Virus record (IMG/VR): IMGVR_UViG_3300045988_043612
Span: 1 to 37,574 of that record
From: a virus
DNA: 37,574 nt
Direction: 5' to 3' (one strand)
In this document: positions 31,590-37,574 of the stretch, piece after piece
How the letters are laid out: each line of letters begins with the position of its first letter
Position numbering within the stretch: position 1 is the stretch's first letter
Program-made: the position numbers and the translations under genes
The notes under the pieces: generated by a model
The model's database searches: none
Told to the model about the DNA's origin: nothing
The model's input: the letters and a program-made list of their open reading frames with translations, nothing else

Positions 31590-33287
31590 TTATTTGAGAT
31601 TAAGTTTTGTTAGCTTCATCTTACAGTCGCCTGTTGAGATGGAAAAATCAGTCACCGAGCGAACGTAGAACCAGCATTTGAACTGGTCTAGCCACACCGC
31701 GCCATCCGGTCTGTATAGTTTCTTAAACTGGAAAAACGGAATGTTGGCGTTTATGGTTACGTCTACCCCATCGCTGAACAAGTCATAATAGGGACGGAAC
31801 GTATTATACAAGTAGTTGTTCGAGTAGTAATAGTCTGACGCCACGTTGGTGCTCGTGTTCGAGAACATGAGACGCGGCAAAGTCATGTCCATTTTATATG
31901 GAACGGCTGCGGTGAATACCTCCTGTTTCGTTTTGAACATCCCCTGCGCCACCGTGTACCAAACGCTTTTTTCTCCGATCTTTCCGCTAATTGAATTCGC
32001 GAATCCGCTAGAATCCTCTATCTTTTCGGTGCTCACGTAGTAAGCGCTCCAATCTTGCAAGGTCGATCCGTTCACGGCCTTCCGAAAACCCGCCGTAGTA
32101 ATGTCCGCATGAAGGATCGGACGTATGTTCAATACTACCTTGTTGTTTGTGCTCAGCGTGAAGGTGTATGTCCACATCATTGACTTGCAGATACCGTCCA
32201 GCAATTCGCGTGCATTCTCAGTTCCTAACCCGGCGTTTACCGTAGTGGTTCCGCCACCCGATACGTTGATTACCTTAAGGTTGATCTTGAACGCGGCTTC
32301 TGAATCCATATCGCTAGGCGGGTGAACGTCCAGTGCGATAGTGTTAGTCAGCGTTGTTAGGTACATCCCGGTGAAGCCTAGCGAACCACTTATGCGGATG
32401 GATGAATTCACACTATTCATCATGTACCGAACATGTGTCTTGTCCGTCAAGTCTCCGATAGGGGACAGGGATACGACTACGACCTTATGTGACTTGTCAC
32501 GTATCGCCAAACTCGGAGGCGCGCCCGCGTAACTGGACACATCTAAGATTACCTCCTGCAAGTTCGTAGCCTCGCAAAACAGTGTGTCGTAGTTACCTAG
32601 TGTATACTGGGAAGCTGGGTCCCGTATCGCGTACTCCATGATGTCGATATCATTGTTCAGATACGTTGTACCCGCGTCCGAATCAAGTGCGAACCGGAAA
32701 GCCAGCGTAACGTTCTGTCCTACGTAGGCATCCGTCATGGTCTTGCTTTCGAAGGTCGTGCGGATCACGGGCTGCATGTTCTCGGCGTAGTATGGGAAAT
32801 AGATGTTATTTCCCTGAGCGTTGAACGCATCCGCTAGCACCCGGTTCAGATTCACGTTATACGCGCCCGCCGAGCTAGCTCCGCGAATATCCACGTGATT
32901 CAGAATCTTCGCCGGAAGTTGCTCCGCCGTTATCGCCGTCTCGGATAACGCTAGGTCGTAGCCCGTAGGTTTGCAGGTCACAGAAGCCCGGAAGTTTCCC
33001 TGAACGGGCATGCCTCCGATGAATAGCTCCACTTTGTACCCGCCGGGTCCTCTCATAGCACCGGGATATTCCCAACCTTGTGCTGAAACGGCGCGTGTAC
33101 GCATTCCGAAGTGACGCATAGCTCCGAAAGCTAGGTCGTTGGTAGCAGAGCGGGGAACTGATATCGTTCCGGAGTACGCTCGTGTCGGCTGTGACATAGT
33201 GTAGGGGTCGGCGGACACTACGGATAACTTCAAGTCACCCGTAACACCGTCCAAAAATCGTCCATTTACCTTAATTCCTAGTTCCAT
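31590..33287 (-). CDS. Virion structural protein (565 aa), putative tail/baseplate component
   Basis: Large beta-rich ORF between the 326-aa protein and the tape-measure-like gene. Confidence 0.6.
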   Translation of the reverse strand: MELGIKVNGRFLDGVTGDLKLSVVSADPYTMSQPTRAYSGTISVPRSATNDLAFGAMRHFGMRTRAVSAQGWEYPGAMRGPGGYKVELFIGGMPVQGNFRASVTCKPTGYDLALSETAITAEQLPAKILNHVDIRGASSAGAYNVNLNRVLADAFNAQGNNIYFPYYAENMQPVIRTTFESKTMTDAYVGQNVTLAFRFALDSDAGTTYLNNDIDIMEYAIRDPASQYTLGNYDTLFCEATNLQEVILDVSSYAGAPPSLAIRDKSHKVVVVSLSPIGDLTDKTHVRYMMNSVNSSIRISGSLGFTGMYLTTLTNTIALDVHPPSDMDSEAAFKINLKVINVSGGGTTTVNAGLGTENARELLDGICKSMMWTYTFTLSTNNKVVLNIRPILHADITTAGFRKAVNGSTLQDWSAYYVSTEKIEDSSGFANSISGKIGEKSVWYTVAQGMFKTKQEVFTAAVPYKMDMTLPRLMFSNTSTNVASDYYYSNNYLYNTFRPYYDLFSDGVDVTINANIPFFQFKKLYRPDGAVWLDQFKCWFYVRSVTDFSISTGDCKMKLTKLNLK

Positions 33288-34267
33288 TAGTAAACAAATT
33301 TAAGCGTTATCGTTTTAGCAAGACCCGAAGCGGTCATTTTCACGCCGGATGTGGTAGAACCTATCACCCGGATAGCATTACCATTCGGTAAAATGCCCTT
33401 AACTTGAATGTCCGGGCTGACGGAAAGGCGCGTTAAAGCGTCAATATTGTCGTTATTTACCGCGAAAATAGCCTGTATTTCGTTCTTTGTGACCGTCCCG
33501 CCTAGCGAATCCCTGCGGATGGTAGGCGTAACTGTCCAGTTTTGGCACGAAATGTAGTCCATAGACCCCACGGTATTAAGCCATCTGAACGTAATCGCGC
33601 AATCACTGGGCACCAAAGGAGCGTAGTACTTCGTTAGAAGCAAGTCGGATGTTGAATCGTTTCTGACCTGCATCTTACTGTAGGTCCCGTGGATGTCGGG
33701 GATAGTGTTATCCCCTTGTTTCGCGTAAAATAGCCCTTCACCGTTGTCCAATTCGTACTCCATTATAGTAGAAACGAGACGAGGCATTAACCAAAACTGG
33801 TCATTGAACGCGTGCGCCACTGGAACGCGTATCCCTTCATTGTTCTTGAAGTCCGTCCCGCCTAGAACGTTCGCGTTGATCACGTTCGGAGAGTCTATGT
33901 TCATTACGTAGATGCGGAAATAGTAGTACTTCAATCCGCCGTTGGGATTTACGGTGAAGAGCAGTGTCACCGTTCTCCACACACCACCTGATTCCATATC
34001 TTTTTGAAATGTTGGAAGGTACGAGGACATGACGCTCAGGTCAACGATGTTGTTATCCAATATTGGCAAGGCGAGTGCGGCACCCGGTAAATTGTCAACT
34101 ATCGCGGCTGCCGCTTCAACGTAGGAATTCGATGGTTCATCGTCCAGTATGTTAATTTTAACATAACACGGCTTATTGTAGTGAATCACTTGGAATCCCG
34201 GAACTTCTATGTAGGTCCTGTTTGTCCCGGTTATCGTCTGATTAGTATCTAAAAACTGTATTTTCAT
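33287..34267 (-). CDS. Virion structural protein (326 aa), putative tail component
   Basis: Minus-strand ORF whose stop and start are coupled to its neighbours. Confidence 0.6.
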   Translation of the reverse strand: MKIQFLDTNQTITGTNRTYIEVPGFQVIHYNKPCYVKINILDDEPSNSYVEAAAAIVDNLPGAALALPILDNNIVDLSVMSSYLPTFQKDMESGGVWRTVTLLFTVNPNGGLKYYYFRIYVMNIDSPNVINANVLGGTDFKNNEGIRVPVAHAFNDQFWLMPRLVSTIMEYELDNGEGLFYAKQGDNTIPDIHGTYSKMQVRNDSTSDLLLTKYYAPLVPSDCAITFRWLNTVGSMDYISCQNWTVTPTIRRDSLGGTVTKNEIQAIFAVNNDNIDALTRLSVSPDIQVKGILPNGNAIRVIGSTTSGVKMTASGLAKTITLKFVY

Positions 34268-34698
34268 TTCAGTAAGATGTTTGAAATTTTAGCTCTTAAT
34301 ATCGCGTAGAAATCCGTAGTCAGGCGCTTCACCCGCTGCTCGTTGAGAACATCCGAAACGACTGTTCCGGAATTGAACTTGTTAGGAACCTTGATGCCGT
34401 CCCGCTTGATCACGTAGGCGATAGCGAATGCGGCTTCCTCCGGGATGTTCGTGCCCGCTGTCCGGTTCTTGTCCCGTATCCATTTCTTAATAGCAGAAAC
34501 AGGCGGGAAAGCTCCTGCCTTCCTGCCTTGTTCCATCTGAATAGTATGTTTCGGTGCGGTTATAGTCACCCGGTTGCCTAAGTCGTTAACCTTTAGTTCC
34601 CGTCCAAATTCGCCGGATGCGACTAGGCCTTTCGAAATGTAGCTTTCGAAAATCTCCTTCTTAATCTGCTCTACCGCCGCTAGTATATCCTTATCCAT
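34264..34698 (-). CDS. Putative head-tail joining / tail-completion protein (144 aa)
   Basis: The size and pattern loosely resemble HK97 gp10-like proteins (weak). Position also supports this. Confidence 0.45.
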   Translation of the reverse strand: MDKDILAAVEQIKKEIFESYISKGLVASGEFGRELKVNDLGNRVTITAPKHTIQMEQGRKAGAFPPVSAIKKWIRDKNRTAGTNIPEEAAFAIAYVIKRDGIKVPNKFNSGTVVSDVLNEQRVKRLTTDFYAILRAKISNILLK

Positions 34699-35101
34699 AG
34701 TTTAACAAATCATCTGATACCGAGAACGTTACCTGCCACCCCGACTTTTTCGAATCGTAAATGTTCTGAACCTTTCGGAATATCAGACCGTCCACCTCGA
34801 AGTGACAGACAAAAGTACTCATTAGTTTGTTTAAAGCCAAGTCGGTACGAACCAATGTATCAAGTTCCTCTGCGTCACTCTCCATATAATATGATTTGTC
34901 CAAGCACTGCAACACTACGTTGTACTTCCGGGTAGCGGGCGGCAGCTTCGCCATCCCACCATCGGGTACATCGAACGTGAGGAACATTCCGGAGATGTCA
35001 TTCACCATTTCATTCACGGTGTAGTTGTCTCCGAAATAGATAGGCAAGCCGAGTTTAACGGCTTGCTCATCCATAAAGTTTAGTATATCACTGAATATCA
35101 T
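34691..35101 (-). CDS. Hypothetical virion-module protein (136 aa)
   Basis: Minus-strand ORF coupled to its neighbours. Confidence 0.6.
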   Translation of the reverse strand: MIFSDILNFMDEQAVKLGLPIYFGDNYTVNEMVNDISGMFLTFDVPDGGMAKLPPATRKYNVVLQCLDKSYYMESDAEELDTLVRTDLALNKLMSTFVCHFEVDGLIFRKVQNIYDSKKSGWQVTFSVSDDLLNYG

Positions 35102-37574
35102 TACTTATTGATTATTGCGTCGCCGTGACCGTTAGAACACATACATACGTCACCTGTGAATACACTCCCCATCACCGCGTCACCTTTCAGAATAACGCCC
35201 GCGCCTTTAGTAATCGTTCTAGATATTACAGAATTGTCGTACATCCGAACCTTCGTACCTTCTATCCAAACATTAGACACGCCGTAGGGAGCTATGATTC
35301 TCGGCTGTGGTACGAATTCCAGTACCAGCCTAGAATTGGCTATCTCCGATGGAGTAATCGCAGCCGATGGGTCTTTCTGAATAATAGCAGCAAGTAAAGC
35401 CATCTTAGCACTGGCAAGTGATTCTCCTAAATGGAATTTAGTTGCTGCGTCTAGCACCCTAATATACCTTGAAAATCCCGATGCCGATGATATACTAGAT
35501 GTTGGGGAAACATTTATAGGACGTTTAAGTCTTATAGTGCTTCCGGATGTTGCTTTAATTTCCTCGTAGGTTTTACCTGCGTCTGCTTGTCCGCCTCCGG
35601 CTGTTCCCTGTTCCCAATAATCCACGCTTAACAGAATGTCTTCCGGGCTAGTACGGTCTAGTTCGTTAACTATGTATCTACGCTTCTTGAATGCTCGAAC
35701 GTACTTAACGTTTGCTAACGGGATGTAGGACTCATCTATGAGCGCCCCCGCAGCCTCTGCACTGGCGGCCTTTTTCAGCACCAAACCCACATATTTAGCA
35801 TGCGCAGGAACCGTGAAAGACGTCGCCCATACACCGCTAGTACTTAATATTCGCTTGTTCTCATCCATCCACCCGGCATATATGAAATGCCCGGATGCAA
35901 CCGATAACGTTCCTCCGGCTTCTACCGGAATGGCTTCCTTAAATTCAAAGTGTCTTTCTTGGTTAGTTAAGTTCTTCCCGGCTTCCCAAGTTTGTTGAGG
36001 TACCATTGTATTTTCACCACGTTCCCACACATTAACATCCAACAGTCTATTAACATAAGGATCACCGATTAGCTGAACATCTCCACGAACCGTGCACCCC
36101 GCACCCACGTAGGCAGATCCTGTGATCTCCGGAACGTTAGAGTAATTATAATAACGCAAAGACAAGCCAAGTGCTATGAAGTCCGAGACGTTTAATCTAG
36201 ACGTATCGGCTCTTCTAAACTGCATCACGGCATACTGGTAGGTGTTTTCGATAGATGCGGGATTTGCCACCGCTCTCCGGACAATGAAGGATTCGTCTAA
36301 ATATACAATCGCGTCTAGTACGTAACCGGACGGCATGGTTGGTAAAGACAAGCTTGCGGTTGAAACGGGCTTATAGCTTCTGACAACTGCCGCAGAAGTT
36401 ACTTTAGTCTCTTCATAGGGCACACCTAAGTTACTTCCCGCCTCATACGCACCTTGCTCCACGATGCTTCCGTCTAAAGGAAGAAAATCAATGCCCGCAC
36501 CCAAGACGGACCCTGCTGCTAGGTTCTCCGGTCTACTGATTAATCCGGCAATCGCCGTGCCCGCACCAATAGCCGCATACTCACCTTGTTTGTGAGAACT
36601 CCACATATCGAAGTTATTCCCAGCTTTCGCTCCTAAGTGGTCGCTAGCGTAGGAGAAATCTATGTCCTCGTACACATTCCCATTATGGATGTTATCCGTG
36701 AATATGGCTTTCGGCACAATGCATCTACGGAGTACAAGGTTTCCCTTAGCAGCCAAAGCATCGTTGTAAGTAGTATTGTCTACCCGTAACAGGGGACAAT
36801 CATAAGCGGAGATATAGGTATCCCTAGTTGCTGCGGTACGGTGCGAATCGGGCAGATACTTAGTATATTCCAGCCGTTCTACATTCCGGAATGTACCATA
36901 AGGTTTATACTCCGGTCTATCCGTCTTTGTGTACATGGTAGTATCGTACATACTACCCGCCAAGAATCGCAACTGTGCGGCATTCAATCCAAAGTTGTCA
37001 GTTTCCGCAATGAAAGACGAATTTACCATCACGTATTCACCCGATGCCGATTCCGGTCTAATGTCCGTTAGTACAGAACCGCTAATATGTCCTAGTATCT
37101 TAGCTCCTGTAGCCAACAAATCAGTCGGGGTCATTGCAGTTCCGTTAATCTTGTTGATATGCAACATAAATTGCTTATATACCGGATGTTCTATTTTAGT
37201 CAGTCCCGAAGGTATCGCTTTAGATTCTCCCGAATACACCGCTGTTTCACCTTCGGTGTATGCCCATAGAATTCTACCGGAGTATCCCGTTGGAAGATAC
37301 ACGTATGTATTCAATCCACATCTTATAACCGCATCCGTACTTCGACAAAGGTTTGTCTCTCCGGTTTGAATTACAGATGATGAAAAAGCTGTTCCTCTCG
37401 GTGCAGTGGATAAGTACCCTCCTTGCTCGAAAGGGAACGCTGTTGCCGTAGTTCTCGGACCACAAAGAACGTCCATTGATACCCCGATGAACGAATCTTT
37501 GACAAACATGTTGTTCTTGGTATCTGCTGCGAAGCACCGGATACTTACGCTTCCGGGTATCAACGTGTTACCGC
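35101..37574 (-). CDS. Tail fibre / receptor-binding protein 2, 3' part; the full gene is 910 aa once joined to 378-120 across the junction
   Basis: It contains four roughly 115-aa modules, each opening with an (F/W)E(Q/R)G motif: FEQGGY, VEQGAY, WERGEN, WEQGTA. They lie at about nt 37437-37069, 36486-36139, 36042-35689 and 35631-35299. The central YEDIDFSYASDHLG motif is shared with fibre 1. The C-terminal DNSVI/GDAVM repeats are beta-helix-like. Confidence 0.7.
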   Translation of the reverse strand, partial: GNTLIPGSVSIRCFAADTKNNMFVKDSFIGVSMDVLCGPRTTATAFPFEQGGYLSTAPRGTAFSSSVIQTGETNLCRSTDAVIRCGLNTYVYLPTGYSGRILWAYTEGETAVYSGESKAIPSGLTKIEHPVYKQFMLHINKINGTAMTPTDLLATGAKILGHISGSVLTDIRPESASGEYVMVNSSFIAETDNFGLNAAQLRFLAGSMYDTTMYTKTDRPEYKPYGTFRNVERLEYTKYLPDSHRTAATRDTYISAYDCPLLRVDNTTYNDALAAKGNLVLRRCIVPKAIFTDNIHNGNVYEDIDFSYASDHLGAKAGNNFDMWSSHKQGEYAAIGAGTAIAGLISRPENLAAGSVLGAGIDFLPLDGSIVEQGAYEAGSNLGVPYEETKVTSAAVVRSYKPVSTASLSLPTMPSGYVLDAIVYLDESFIVRRAVANPASIENTYQYAVMQFRRADTSRLNVSDFIALGLSLRYYNYSNVPEITGSAYVGAGCTVRGDVQLIGDPYVNRLLDVNVWERGENTMVPQQTWEAGKNLTNQERHFEFKEAIPVEAGGTLSVASGHFIYAGWMDENKRILSTSGVWATSFTVPAHAKYVGLVLKKAASAEAAGALIDESYIPLANVKYVRAFKKRRYIVNELDRTSPEDILLSVDYWEQGTAGGGQADAGKTYEEIKATSGSTIRLKRPINVSPTSSISSASGFSRYIRVLDAATKFHLGESLASAKMALLAAIIQKDPSAAITPSEIANSRLVLEFVPQPRIIAPYGVSNVWIEGTKVRMYDNSVISRTITKGAGVILKGDAVMGSVFTGDVCMCSNGHGDAIINK
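37456..37574. repeat. Right copy of the 119-bp terminal overlap (identical to 1-119)
   Basis: Same string as 1-119. It lies inside a coding frame that continues seamlessly at position 120. Confidence 0.97.

Larger units (their letters stand above)
1..37574 (-). mobile_element. Complete dsDNA tailed-phage genome on a circularly closed contig (unit 37,455 bp); probable Bacteroidota host
   Basis: Exact 119-bp terminal overlap. Full set of packaging, morphogenesis, lysis and replication genes, all on the minus strand. TAnnTTTG promoter boxes and a general lack of SD sequences suggest the host. Confidence 0.9.

Noticed and set aside
35299-37437. Diversity-generating retroelement targeting the repeated fibre modules
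   Set aside because: There is no reverse-transcriptase ORF anywhere. The modules are diverged at the amino-acid level rather than being near-identical TR/VR nucleotide pairs differing at adenines.
1-37574. Alternative genetic code (stop-codon reassignment, as seen in some Bacteroidota phages)
   Set aside because: Standard-code ORFs tile the minus strand almost without gaps, and conserved enzymes (polymerase, helicases, terminase, amidase) are full length. There is no sign of in-frame TAG or TGA interruptions.
37456-37574. Interpreting the 119-bp end repeat as a biological direct terminal repeat
   Set aside because: It falls in the middle of a gene and carries no distinctive terminal features. 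An assembly overlap on a circular or permuted molecule is the more economical explanation. It is kept only as an open question in the findings.

Overview
The window is a complete, circularly closed tailed-phage genome. Bases 1-119 recur exactly at 37456-37574, so the unit length is 37,455 bp. All credible genes (about 49) lie on the minus strand with almost no gaps. Going down the minus strand, the order is as follows. (i) An early/replication arm, 21.3 kb to 5.75 kb: HTH protein, PD-(D/E)XK nuclease, SSB-like protein, family-A DNA polymerase, AEP-primase/SF3-helicase, VRR-NUC, SNF2 helicase, and a translationally coupled cassette of membrane, secreted and zinc-ribbon proteins. (ii) A late arm, 4.9 kb through the circular junction to 21.8 kb: terS, terL, two paralogous fibre genes (the second crosses the contig junction), tail/baseplate-like genes, a tape-measure-like protein, protease/scaffold, major capsid protein, three tandem paralogous roughly 175-aa proteins, portal, holin, amidase and a spanin-like protein. 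Expression signals look Bacteroidota-like: TAnnTTTG -7 boxes with a TTTG about 20 nt upstream, and almost no Shine-Dalgarno sequences. I found no integrase, tRNA, rRNA, CRISPR array or reverse transcriptase. The most unusual content is non-coding. Two large ORF-free AT-rich regions (4885-5751 and 21248-21828) sit exactly at the two boundaries between the early and late arms. They share three motif families: ATCTATCCA/GGATAGAT boxes resembling DnaA boxes, GCAAnTTACATAG boxes, and CTGA-N3-TCAG palindromes. They also share whole 45-49 bp modules, and the boxes are arranged as inverted arms around AT-rich cores. I interpret them as paired origin-like or regulatory hubs, but their function cannot be settled from sequence alone. 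A second notable layer is a roughly 100-bp promoter cassette present three times, carrying a palindromic TTTTGTCAAAA site. All functional calls rest on reading the translations and motifs by eye; no database search was possible.
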